DNA from: a virus
Lineage: Duplodnaviria; Caudoviricetes
DNA length: 64,000 bases
IMG/VR virus record: IMGVR_UViG_3300035670_012065
Coordinates: 1,687-65,686 of that record
Reading direction: 5' to 3' (one strand)
In this document: in pieces, positions 41,757 to 51,250 of the stretch
How positions within the stretch are numbered: position 1 is the stretch's first letter
How the letters are laid out: every line of letters begins with the position of its first letter
Notes under the pieces: generated by a model
Seen by the model: only the letters and a program-made list of their open reading frames with translations
What the model was told of the DNA's origin: nothing
The model's database searches: none
Program-made: the position numbers and the translations under genes

Positions 41757-43632
41757 TTTTTTAAAATGTCAGAAATATGCATTATCTTGTCCAAAAAAGC
41801 TATGCCTAATACATCGAATTTTATTAAACCTAAACTTTCTAGATCGTTCATCTCCATGCCTGCTATTAGCTGATCATTTTTGTTATCATAAACCATTGGG
41901 CATAAGGTGGAAAGATCTTGAGTTCCTATAATTACACCAGCCGCATGTTTGCTTTGATTAGATTTTGTTCCTTCCAGCCTAATAGCTTGTTCAAATCTTT
42001 TAGACAAGGGTCCTACAAGAGAGCCGTCATCAGATATATAGCACCATTCTTTGAGTTTGTCAACATTATTTTCTAGTGCCCATCTAATAATTGATGCTTC
42101 TCCGGTATCCTCTTTCATTTCTTGTAATTCGTCTGCTATCTTGGCTTCATCGGGAATAAATTTTGTGATGGTGTTCATTTCTTCGAAGCTTATATTGCCG
42201 TAAACTCTTAGTACGTCTTTAAGAGCGCCTCGACCTTTCATAGTATTAAATGTGATCATTTGCGAAACTTTATTTTGACCATATTTATTTTTTATGTAGT
42301 CTAATACATTTTCTCTTTTATCAATTGGTATATCCATGTCAATATCTGGCATTGAGACCCTATCTTTCGTATTTCTTCCACTATTATAGAATCTTTCGAA
42401 TAACAAATTATACTTAATGGGATCAATATCTGTTATGCCAACCAAATAAGAAACCAAACAACCAGCACAACTACCTCTTCCTGGACCAGGGAGCCAATCC
42501 TTATTCCTAACATAATTCACTATATCTTGCACAATAAGAAAGTAGCTACTAAGCCCAGCGCCTTGCAGTATTTCTAATTCATGTTTTATTCTATCCACAT
42601 ATATATTTTGATTTTCTTTTGATATTGTTGTGGCTATTCTATTTTTCCAACCGTTTCTACATAATTCTCTCAAATATTCATCCGCATCGAATCCTTTTGG
42701 ACAATCAAACATAGGTAATTTAGGAGCAGATAATATATCGAATTCTTGAATTAGATTATCTATTAAGCATGTATTTTGTATTTCTTCTTCATTATGAAGA
42801 TTTTTCATTTCTCCAGGAGAAAGTATATAGTATTTGTCGCTTTTGAAAAAACACTCCATAGGAACATCCTTATCATTTAATAATTTTGTATTAATATCTG
42901 ATAAAGTTGTTTTTAAATTATTACATAACAATATTCTTTGATCTACCGCATCATCTTGAGAGACATAATGGGCATCAGGAGTACAAACCGCTTTTATTTT
43001 ACTTAATTCTGATAATCTCCTTATTGTTTGAGTAAGATATTCTTGTTGTTTTAAGGCATCTTTATCAAACAATTGTGTCTCTAAATAAAAATTATTATTA
43101 CCAAAAATCTCTACCATATGGTCTATGAAAGATAGTCCATTTTTTATAGCACTATCTTGATCTCCCAATAAAGTATCCGAAAGGGTTGATCCAAGATGGC
43201 CGCATATTCCTATGATATTACCGTCCAATAACTTTGATAGGTTGTCTATGCTTAGTCTTGGTTTATGATAAAAATATTCTGGCTTATTAGATTCTGAAAC
43301 TATTTTTATTAGCGTTTTCCATCCCTCTAAATTTTTTGCTAAAACTAAAAAATGACTTAGTTTAGAGTTTTCTTTCGTTTTTATAGAGGCATCTTCTTTG
43401 CATATATAAAGTTCGCAGCCTAAAATAGGCTTAATATTTTTTGATTTTAATTTTTGATAAAACTGAACGGTTCCTGCTATACTTCCATGGTCTGTTATTG
43501 CACAAGACTTTATGTCAAAATCTTGGCATCTAGATGCTATTTTTTCCGGTTTGCTTAATCCATCCAAAAGTGAAAAATGTGATTCACTTAAGAATGGACG
43601 TGCAACGGCACATAATTGCGTTCCACGCCCAT
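41747..43632 (-). CDS. dnaE: DNA polymerase III alpha, N-terminal part (PHP + palm/thumb); 5' end interrupted by an 11-nt coding gap
   Basis: AITDHGS, KPILGCELY, TPDAHY, GPGRGSCAGCLVSYLVGITDIDP, FERF, SMPDIDMD, HAAGV, GLIKFDVLG. AGGAG plus ATG at 43632 gives MGVERNYVPLHVHS*; HFSLLDGLS continues 11 nt later in the frame of the track ORF 41747..43567. Confidence 0.9.
43568..43632 (-). other. Structured RNA element with a putative translational bypass site in dnaE-N
   Basis: ATGGGCGTGGAACG / CGTTGCACGTCCAT 14-bp stem (43632-43594); TCT-TAA-GTGAA-TCA; AAGTGAA/TTCACTT 7-bp stem (43589-43568). Confidence 0.6.
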
Positions 43633-43648
43633 ACTTTAAAATCTCCTT

Positions 43649-44692
43649 TCAGGTTGCCCCAGGGGCCTGATAATGGCCTACTGTGTGATTGGGATGTTTG
43701 TACATATCCATTGTAGCATCGATCCCATAAAGTTCAAGATCGTGCTTCACTTGTTCACATTTTGTCATAATGCTATCTTTTTTGCATGTTTGACCGTCTC
43801 TATATTCTTGTATTGGTTCTATGTGTGTGTTTTCGAATGTGGTTTTTCCGAAATGACATAGCTTGCTGCACATCCAGCTCTTATTTAGTTTTGGTCTACG
43901 GGTATTCTTAATAACTTCAAATTTTCTACGCAACATATCTTCTGTTTCTTGTAAATCACTATCATGAAATACCATAGAAAATGGTCCGCCATCATTAATA
44001 AAATATATCGTAAAAATTACTGTATCTAAATAAGGATATAATTTTTTAACAGCATAATGGTATATTCTTAATTGGGCGTCTTTCTCTAGTTTTTCTTGAG
44101 TTTTTTCTTTTCCTGTTGCCCAATCCAATCTTTTACCGGTTTTATAGTCTACTACCTCAACAGTGGTATCATTAACTTTAGTGATCAAGTCTATAGTACC
44201 CTTCATACCCAAATAACCATCTACTATTTTTCCATCGATATTATATTCGTATCTAGCCCAAGGCTTGTCTATAATAAAATCGAACTTCTGCTCTGGTTGC
44301 AAAATAATGCAATTCCTAGGATCGAACATCCCATCATTGAATTGTATAGCTTTATAAATCCATCCATAACATTCTTTATAGTCTTTTACGGCCCATGTGT
44401 GCTGACTATTGGCTTCGCTATAGTGTTTATAAACCCTTTCTATTATCACATTTAAATTATAATCATCAACGCTAATATCTCCTAAAATTTCATCATCATG
44501 TACAGATGATAAGTTATCCTGTTTAGCTTTTTTAATAATAGCTAATATCTCTAACACTTTATGAACAATCGTTCCTTTGACAGCCTTAAAACCCGAAGGT
44601 CCACGCCAACCAAGGACATATTCAAAAAAAAATTGTTGTTCGCACATATTATGAGTATTATATGATGAGCTTCTAAAGTATGTTATAATCAT
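43649..44692 (-). CDS. PD-(D/E)XK nuclease (RecB/Cas4-like exonuclease)
   Basis: SSSYNTHNMCEQQF, GTIVHKVLE, PEQKF, GTIDLI, VVDYKTG, QLRIYHYA, CSKLCHF. Confidence 0.85.
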   Translation of the reverse strand: MIITYFRSSSYNTHNMCEQQFFFEYVLGWRGPSGFKAVKGTIVHKVLEILAIIKKAKQDNLSSVHDDEILGDISVDDYNLNVIIERVYKHYSEANSQHTWAVKDYKECYGWIYKAIQFNDGMFDPRNCIILQPEQKFDFIIDKPWARYEYNIDGKIVDGYLGMKGTIDLITKVNDTTVEVVDYKTGKRLDWATGKEKTQEKLEKDAQLRIYHYAVKKLYPYLDTVIFTIYFINDGGPFSMVFHDSDLQETEDMLRRKFEVIKNTRRPKLNKSWMCSKLCHFGKTTFENTHIEPIQEYRDGQTCKKDSIMTKCEQVKHDLELYGIDATMDMYKHPNHTVGHYQAPGAT

Positions 44693-45297
44693 GATGATTT
44701 TTCTATTGGTAATATGTTAAAATGTAACATAAGTTTTTTTAATTTTTCATATTGTTCTCTAACCGTCATATGCTCATTATTAATTATTGCATCAAAGTTT
44801 TTCCAATCATAACAATGAGAGTCTAATATAGATTCACTAATATGGTCAGAATGATATGGATTTCTGTTTAATCTAAATACCAGTCCATTATTATTTTTAA
44901 TCGCTTCAATCTCATTAGGAAAACGACAATCAGAAACTATTACAATTTCGTGATTTGTTTTTTTGATCTTATTGATTAAAGCATTTACCCACACATTTTT
45001 ATTTAGTTTTCTAAAGAGATCAGTACCTATTAGTTGCATCAAATCTCTGGCGGACAGCTGTTTATCTTCCCAATAAGCATCGACTAATTCATTTTTACTA
45101 TGATCTTCACCGTAACACTGAGTATACGTTAAATTAAACATATTCATACAAATATCTTCTTTTAAAGGATCAGCAAAATTAAATATTTCAACATCTTTGT
45201 AACCATTACTTAACAATAAACCCTTTAAAAATTCACTACAAACTGTTTTACCAGCCTGTTTTCTTCCAGAAAAAGCTATAATTTTTGTAAGCATCAA
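44689..45297 (-). CDS. Deoxynucleoside monophosphate kinase
   Basis: IIAFSGRKQAGKT, FADPLKE, RDLMQLIGTDLFR, W, IVSDCRFPNE, HISE. Confidence 0.88.
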   Translation of the reverse strand: MMLTKIIAFSGRKQAGKTVCSEFLKGLLLSNGYKDVEIFNFADPLKEDICMNMFNLTYTQCYGEDHSKNELVDAYWEDKQLSARDLMQLIGTDLFRKLNKNVWVNALINKIKKTNHEIVIVSDCRFPNEIEAIKNNNGLVFRLNRNPYHSDHISESILDSHCYDWKNFDAIINNEHMTVREQYEKLKKLMLHFNILPIEKSS

Positions 45298-46460
45298 TAC
45301 TTATCCTTAATTTGTGGAGATATAATATCTTTCACCTCAGACACACTCATCTCTGCAACATCATTATGGTCGATCTCAATATTAAAGACATTATACGTTT
45401 TATAACATTTATCAAAAATATTTTGTGAAGCTTTTTTGCCAGCCTCGTCATTATCCATTAAAACATAAATACTCATAGCTCCAGATAGATCTATTAATAA
45501 TTTTTGTTTTTCGTGTAAAGAGGAACCGAATAAAGCTACGCTATTATGTATACCGCTTTCTTCTAGTCTCCATACATTTCCTGGACTCTCTACTAAAACT
45601 ATGCTTTTGCTTTTCTGTATATGATCTTTAGCAAACCATAGATTGTATAGGTGCTCTTGTGTTTTGAATCCTTTATTGTGTTTCCATTTTGAGTATTGCC
45701 ATTTATAGTCTTCGTTTGGGCAATTTTCTATAGAATCATGATAGCTTTTACATTTTTCACAAGATTTATACAAACTTCTACCAGAACACCCAACCATATA
45801 CGAATATGATTCATCGTAAACGGGCACAACGGCTCGCCCATACATTTCTTTACCTTGAACTTCGCATTCACCAACATCGTATTTACTTAATATTTCTTTG
45901 GTAAAACCTCTATCTAAAAAATATAGTGATGGTATATTTAGATTTTTAATAATAGTTGATCTAGAAACTTTAGGGATATCTTCTTTACTTTTTAAATCAG
46001 ATTGAATATTATTGACAATATTTACAAAATTATTTTTTTCTATTTCTTTCCTATTAATTTTTACATCTTTTAGATTTTGTTTACTAAATTTAATACTATA
46101 ATCAACAGCATCCTCAAAAGATACCATAGGATCTCCAGGACCTGTCCATCCCTGTTGTTTCGATAAACAACCTCTAACAAAACCTATAATAGACCCTTTA
46201 AATGTTTCCTCACATTGATGAGTTCTACATTTCCAATTACCTCTGTAATTATCCCCCTTATAATATAGATTTAATGCAGAGTTGTTGTCTCCTCCGTGAA
46301 TGGGACATCTCATAGCTATCATCCGATCAAATATTCTATAATCGGTAACATTTAAACTGTCCAATAGATTATCGATATCTTCGCACAAATAATCAGACAA
46401 AACTTTTAATTGATGCTGACTATATGAACGGGATTTCTTGATCGTCATCGTTTTGCTCAT
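45294..46460 (-). CDS. DnaG-type primase
   Basis: Zn finger CPIHGGDN...WKCRTHQC; YFLDRGF; RAVVPVYD...VGCSGR; Toprim LVESPGNVW...MDNDEAG. Confidence 0.88.
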   Translation of the reverse strand: MSKTMTIKKSRSYSQHQLKVLSDYLCEDIDNLLDSLNVTDYRIFDRMIAMRCPIHGGDNNSALNLYYKGDNYRGNWKCRTHQCEETFKGSIIGFVRGCLSKQQGWTGPGDPMVSFEDAVDYSIKFSKQNLKDVKINRKEIEKNNFVNIVNNIQSDLKSKEDIPKVSRSTIIKNLNIPSLYFLDRGFTKEILSKYDVGECEVQGKEMYGRAVVPVYDESYSYMVGCSGRSLYKSCEKCKSYHDSIENCPNEDYKWQYSKWKHNKGFKTQEHLYNLWFAKDHIQKSKSIVLVESPGNVWRLEESGIHNSVALFGSSLHEKQKLLIDLSGAMSIYVLMDNDEAGKKASQNIFDKCYKTYNVFNIEIDHNDVAEMSVSEVKDIISPQIKDKY

Positions 46461-47886
46461 CGTTAATTATGAATCCTTTATCAGAATTTTTATTGTTACT
46501 AACCAATTCTAGTCTAGTTTTACCTTCTTCAATTTTAGCGCACCAACCCTTCATGTGGCAGTTGATGTAGTCATTATCATCTAGACCGCCACCGTGTCTA
46601 CTTATTAAAGGAACAAGCTTTCTATTTCCATTAGTTGGTCCATCTTCAGCCATTTCTTCGTCACTTTTACGTTTAAAAATAGTGAAGTTGCTACAGAGCC
46701 ATATTATTCTGTCTGATCCGCTAGCGGTATCTGTGCTTTCTTTAGTAATACCATCCCTATTCAATTGAATAAATCCTAAAATAGGAACTTTGTATCTAAC
46801 AGCAAAATTATGTAGACTGGTCATCATGAAACCAAGAACTTGGTATTCTTTCATATCCTGACTAATACCGGCGCTATCCATAAGTTTGAGATAGTCGTAA
46901 ATGATAACACAATCTTTTGCTGTTCCATCTGGGTGTAATCCGACCTCTTTAACAAGCCATCTTCTCATAATCGCTAATTGTTCTTCAAACGGTTTGCCCG
47001 CTATGGATTTATAATACAACTTTATATCTTTTAATTCTTTTTGAGCATTCTGTAATCTATTGTTTTTATCGGGCGAATCGAAAGCGTGTCCAGTTTCAAT
47101 GGTATTAATTTCTATCTCGGTCATCATAGCTAATAATCTATTTATATGATCTTCTGTACTCATTTCTGTGTCCATATTTAATACAGGAAGCTTTGCATTT
47201 TTTGCTATATGCAAACCTATGTTATCTGCTAAAAGTGTTTTTCCAGTTTTGGGTCTAGCAGCAATAATACTAACACTTCCTTTTCTTAAGCCACCACCAA
47301 TAGAATGATCATAAACATGAAATCCTGTTGGAACACCAATTTGATCTATAGGATTTTCCTTAATATTATTTATGTAATCATCTATAATATTTGACACACA
47401 CACAGGATTATTATCGGTATCATTAAGCAGTGAAGAGAAGTTGAATACGCTATCTTCTGCGATTCCTATAATTGAGGAAATGGGCTCCTGTCCGCTCACA
47501 TCTAATAGTTTTTCTTTCGCACTTTCTAGCTGATCTCTTAATAGCCTAGCGATCTGTAGCTTACGAATTTTGGCCGCAAACTTTCTTACATTCTCTAGGT
47601 TAACTGGAAAATCAATTATTGCTCTCAAATGTTGAGTTTCGTTCTTTTGAGATAATATATGTGCAAAATTTAATGATTGACTAGTTGATAGTATTGATGC
47701 TATATCTATAGATGGACTATGCTCTTTTTCACAAATTTCTTTGAGCACAGTAAAAATCATAACATTACTATCTACTGTAAATGTTGATGGCTGTAAAATA
47801 TCGGCAATATCCAGATATGCATTTTCACCGTGTTTACATATGCCAGCCAAAACCGCTCTTTCGGCGGCGGGATCACAAAGTATCAT
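46420..47886 (-). CDS. dnaB: Replicative DNA helicase
   Basis: AERAVLAG, GVPTGF, Walker A AARPKTGKT, DTEMS, IIYDYLKL, QLNR, SGSDRI. Confidence 0.92.
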   Translation of the reverse strand: MILCDPAAERAVLAGICKHGENAYLDIADILQPSTFTVDSNVMIFTVLKEICEKEHSPSIDIASILSTSQSLNFAHILSQKNETQHLRAIIDFPVNLENVRKFAAKIRKLQIARLLRDQLESAKEKLLDVSGQEPISSIIGIAEDSVFNFSSLLNDTDNNPVCVSNIIDDYINNIKENPIDQIGVPTGFHVYDHSIGGGLRKGSVSIIAARPKTGKTLLADNIGLHIAKNAKLPVLNMDTEMSTEDHINRLLAMMTEIEINTIETGHAFDSPDKNNRLQNAQKELKDIKLYYKSIAGKPFEEQLAIMRRWLVKEVGLHPDGTAKDCVIIYDYLKLMDSAGISQDMKEYQVLGFMMTSLHNFAVRYKVPILGFIQLNRDGITKESTDTASGSDRIIWLCSNFTIFKRKSDEEMAEDGPTNGNRKLVPLISRHGGGLDDNDYINCHMKGWCAKIEEGKTRLELVSNNKNSDKGFIINDEQNDDDQEIPFI

Positions 47887-47889
47887 ATT

Positions 47890-48321
47890 TTATCCAGCTT
47901 GAGTTGAACAATTGTTACACTTATATCGTGAAGGCCCCTCATGTACCAATGAGGGACTAACAGTTTCTTTTTTTCCACATATTCTACAAACGACAGATAC
48001 CGGCTCGAACTCTCTTGTTCTAGCCACCGGAGGATGTTTTGCAAGTTTTTTATCCACCTCGCCATCATCTTTATGCATTCTAAATTCGCTCATTTGTTCG
48101 AATTTATTGACAGAGGGTGCCCTAACAGGTCTTTTATTTTTAGTCTTAATTTTTTCATTAAAAAATGATTCATCTATTTGGGTTTGTGTTTCTTTTTTAT
48201 TTTGTTTTTTTCTTTTTGATGTCGCTTTGGTTTCTTGATTAGGTTCTGGTAATAAAGATTGTAGCGCAGATATCAAATTTTTTATTTGTTCCGGGTCTTT
48301 CAGTAAGTCTTTAGGATCCAC
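47890..48321 (-). CDS. Hypothetical protein with a C-terminal Zn-ribbon
   Basis: VVCRICGK...YKCNNC. Confidence 0.6.
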   Translation of the reverse strand: MDPKDLLKDPEQIKNLISALQSLLPEPNQETKATSKRKKQNKKETQTQIDESFFNEKIKTKNKRPVRAPSVNKFEQMSEFRMHKDDGEVDKKLAKHPPVARTREFEPVSVVCRICGKKETVSPSLVHEGPSRYKCNNCSTQAG

Positions 48322-48802
48322 TTTTCACCTTTGTTTTTTGAATAGATAACATAACATCCGATAAATTTTTTATACTATTGGCTAAATATTGTAATCTATC
48401 GCTTCGTTGTTTGGCATATTTTTTAATACTATTTAATCCACTAGCTTTTTCGTTATGTTTAATAGCTTGTAAAGATTTTTCTATGTATCCGTATCCTTTG
48501 TAGTTATTGATTTCATCAGCTATAACCTCTTTGATATTTTCTTCCGCCCAATTATATCGTGCTAGTTCTCTATTTAAACTTCTTTGTAGATAAAAAGCAA
48601 ATTGAGATAATCTATATGATATTTGAGCACAATCTTCCGGACTAAGTTTTTCTATTTCATCTCTAGTCATGCTAGTATATTTATTGATTTCTTCATTGTT
48701 TATAACATTTTGTGAGTATTCGGATAAACCAATAGTGTTTTCATACTCATCTAGTATTTTGTCCCAATGTTGAAGTTCTTCTTTAGAGGATTTATGACTC
48801 AT
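48311..48802 (-). CDS. Helical/coiled-coil protein, possibly a UvsY-like recombination mediator
   Basis: All-helical 163 aa between recA and dnaB; the function is contextual inference only. Confidence 0.35.
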   Translation of the reverse strand: MSHKSSKEELQHWDKILDEYENTIGLSEYSQNVINNEEINKYTSMTRDEIEKLSPEDCAQISYRLSQFAFYLQRSLNRELARYNWAEENIKEVIADEINNYKGYGYIEKSLQAIKHNEKASGLNSIKKYAKQRSDRLQYLANSIKNLSDVMLSIQKTKVKSGS

Positions 48803-49202
48803 AACTTATTTTGGCTTTCCATTGTTCAATGTTTTCATTATATGGTAGTTCTATGTATTTGATATTATTAAGTTCGCACCACTCTTTTTTTTCTTTATCT
48901 TTTTTTTGGCTTTTTAGAAAGCTCATCATATTACCATGATAGTATGGTACAAATTTATAGTGTTGTTCTCCATGAACCTCAACACACCATTTTGGTAGTG
49001 GAAGATAAAAATCTAAATACGCTATTTGTCCTTTCCTTATAGGAACAGTTACTTCTTCTAGAATTTGTAGGGTTGGGTGCAAAGAAGACAGTAGATCTCT
49101 GGCCTGTAGATGATACGACGACTTGTTATGTATTCTACCTTTTGCAACATATCCTGTCAAGCTCCAAGCTACGGAGTCTCCATCCAAATTAATAGTGTTC
49201 AT
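48792..49202 (-). CDS. Vsr/DUF559-like endonuclease
   Basis: LDFYLP....VEVHGEQHYKF...D..KKEWCELNNIKYIELPY. Confidence 0.75.
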   Translation of the reverse strand: MNTINLDGDSVAWSLTGYVAKGRIHNKSSYHLQARDLLSSLHPTLQILEEVTVPIRKGQIAYLDFYLPLPKWCVEVHGEQHYKFVPYYHGNMMSFLKSQKKDKEKKEWCELNNIKYIELPYNENIEQWKAKISYES

Positions 49203-51250
49203 TATTTTTTAATACCCAGTAATGTTTTAACAGAATCCTCCACTTCTTTTGCTATTTCTGGATTTTCCATTAAAAATATTCTGGTTTTTTCAGCGCCTTG
49301 AAACTTATGAGAATCCTTGCTGGTTTTAATCGTGTACCATGCGCCACCTTTACTTATAACTCCCACGTCAGAAGCCAAATTAACCAGCTCTGTGAGCTTA
49401 TCTATGCCCTCACCATAACGAATAAAACTCTTGGCAACACCACCAGGAGGGCCAAGAGCAGAACAAATAACTTGCCATTCAACCTCTTGACCAATTTGAG
49501 TATCGTCGGCCCCCAAAGACCATGGTTTAGAACTTTTTGCTCTTAATTTAATATCAGTTTGATATGCTATTCCTTGTCCACTTTTTTCCTTAAATTCAGC
49601 ACCGTATCCTGTTGGATTACCCATTAAATGAGTAATGCCTATTACAATATTTTTATTAACAGGAATAACATTGCTAACTTTTCTACAAAATTTAGCTAAT
49701 AACTTAGCACCATCTGCTCTTTGCATTTTATCCATATCGCTTGTTATCTCTGCTTCTGTACATAAGGCAGAATACGAGTCTATTATTACTATCGATCCTG
49801 GAACTTCATTAATAATTCTTTCAGCTATTTGTAAATATTCTTCGCCATGTAAAATTTTACCTTGTTGAGAACCTATTATATGAAATCTTGATAGATCAAG
49901 TCCTTTGATACCTAATAGGTCTCTTTGTTTTAGTCTACCTTCTATGTTTAGGTAGTACACTTCTCTGGGATTTTTAAGATCTCCTTGATAATCTGGTTTT
50001 TGTGCTGTTGCTGTAAAGTCCAGAGATGTAGTAGTGTTATGAGTAATAATAAAATTATTTGTAAGATATAAACCATCTGGATGATCGATTTCTATACAAA
50101 CAGCTTCTTCTGGTTTGGTTTTTTTTACTCCAACTATTGTTCTACAAAGATCGGGTTTGGTTCTCTTATGCCCACTTTTCTTTCTTGGTAAACTAAATAA
50201 TTTATCAATATCATTACCATGGATATATAGTCTATATGACGGAAATTTTTTACCATCTTTACCATTATATCCAGTATATCTGTGTTTAATTCTACAGGTA
50301 TATCCTAGGCTTTCTACGACTTCTTGAAAATCTCTTGCCAATGTTTTAGATACTGTGGTATATTCAGCTCGTAGTCCAGCATCATTGGATCCGTCTGTGT
50401 CCATTAAGCCACTAATTAGTTTCCATCTATTACTAATAGACGCATACTTATATTCTTTTGGAATAAATTTAGTGTGTCCATTATGGCCATATAACTTTAG
50501 TTTTTTAAGGTCTCTGGTCAACGTATTTTTAACTAAAGTATCAGAGTCTATTCTACCACTAATACGGTGTTCCTTATAAGAATAACTCTTAAAAGACAGT
50601 CCTCGCTTGGCACAAAAACTTTTCATTTTATCTATAATATATTCATCGGTATTAGAAAAAGATGTAGCCTTTGTAAAACATCCGTCTCCAATTAAACATC
50701 CTAAAATATATGGATCTATAGCCAGTTTTTTCTTTTGTTGAAAATAAACCGGTTTAGTTACAGGTATTTTCCACTTCCATCTATCGCTATATTTTAGTCC
50801 TTCTTTTAGAATTTCTCCCAGTGTCATTGTAACATAATTAGTTTTTCGATTATTCTTAGAGACTGTCCAGTTATGCTCTAATCCACAATATGTTTTTGAA
50901 CCATCATTAAATTTGACTTCATATATATCTTTTATTCCTTGTGGATAAATACCTGTTACTTTCGATACAGATCCGTTAGGATGACATATTGTATCTCCTA
51001 TTTTTAAGGATCCGATCATCGTTGGACCATTGGGTGTATAAACTAAATCGATCAATCGTTGTAATTTCCCACATTTTGGTTGTCCAGTAAAAATAACGAA
51101 ACTACCCTCCGGTATACCGCCACCTAAAACAATATCCAAAGCTGGACTAACTGGTATTGTTAGTATTTTTTTTTCAACCAATGAATTTCCAGATAAGATA
51201 ATATCATCTCCAAAATTTTTAACTATATCTTCTTTAAGACTCATTATCAA
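49202..51250 (-). CDS. recA: RecA/UvsX-like recombinase containing an intein
   Basis: SPALDIVLGGGIPEG, P-loop GQPKCGK|TT, YLNIEGR, IVIIDSYSAL, SGQGIAYQTDIKL, GEGIDK, ISKGGAWY, FQGAEK. Confidence 0.9.
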   Translation of the reverse strand: MIMSLKEDIVKNFGDDIILSGNSLVEKKILTIPVSPALDIVLGGGIPEGSFVIFTGQPKCGKLQRLIDLVYTPNGPTMIGSLKIGDTICHPNGSVSKVTGIYPQGIKDIYEVKFNDGSKTYCGLEHNWTVSKNNRKTNYVTMTLGEILKEGLKYSDRWKWKIPVTKPVYFQQKKKLAIDPYILGCLIGDGCFTKATSFSNTDEYIIDKMKSFCAKRGLSFKSYSYKEHRISGRIDSDTLVKNTLTRDLKKLKLYGHNGHTKFIPKEYKYASISNRWKLISGLMDTDGSNDAGLRAEYTTVSKTLARDFQEVVESLGYTCRIKHRYTGYNGKDGKKFPSYRLYIHGNDIDKLFSLPRKKSGHKRTKPDLCRTIVGVKKTKPEEAVCIEIDHPDGLYLTNNFIITHNTTTSLDFTATAQKPDYQGDLKNPREVYYLNIEGRLKQRDLLGIKGLDLSRFHIIGSQQGKILHGEEYLQIAERIINEVPGSIVIIDSYSALCTEAEITSDMDKMQRADGAKLLAKFCRKVSNVIPVNKNIVIGITHLMGNPTGYGAEFKEKSGQGIAYQTDIKLRAKSSKPWSLGADDTQIGQEVEWQVICSALGPPGGVAKSFIRYGEGIDKLTELVNLASDVGVISKGGAWYTIKTSKDSHKFQGAEKTRIFLMENPEIAKEVEDSVKTLLGIKK
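50036..51064 (-). mobile_element. Class-3-type intein (343 aa) with LAGLIDADG endonuclease in the RecA Walker A motif
   Basis: Starts LQRLIDLVYTPNG and ends FIITHN|T. WCT triad: EHNW, AVCIEI, ITHN. LAGLIDADG motifs LGCLIGDG and ISGLMDTDG. Confidence 0.88.

Noticed and set aside
43586-43594. Simple -1 frameshift at TCT-TAA as the explanation of the dnaE gap
   Set aside because: No slippery heptamer, and it would insert LSES into the conserved HxHS-x-(F/Y)S motif. Less parsimonious than the 11-nt hop, but not formally excluded.
43649-44692. Cas4 indicating a CRISPR-Cas system
   Set aside because: No other cas genes or array; stand-alone PD-(D/E)XK exonucleases are common in phage replication modules.
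47883-48068. Short alternative-frame and antisense ORFs in the track (e.g. 47883-48068, 38037-38363, 44096-44455)
   Set aside because: They are nested in well-supported genes and have no recognisable motifs or RBS.
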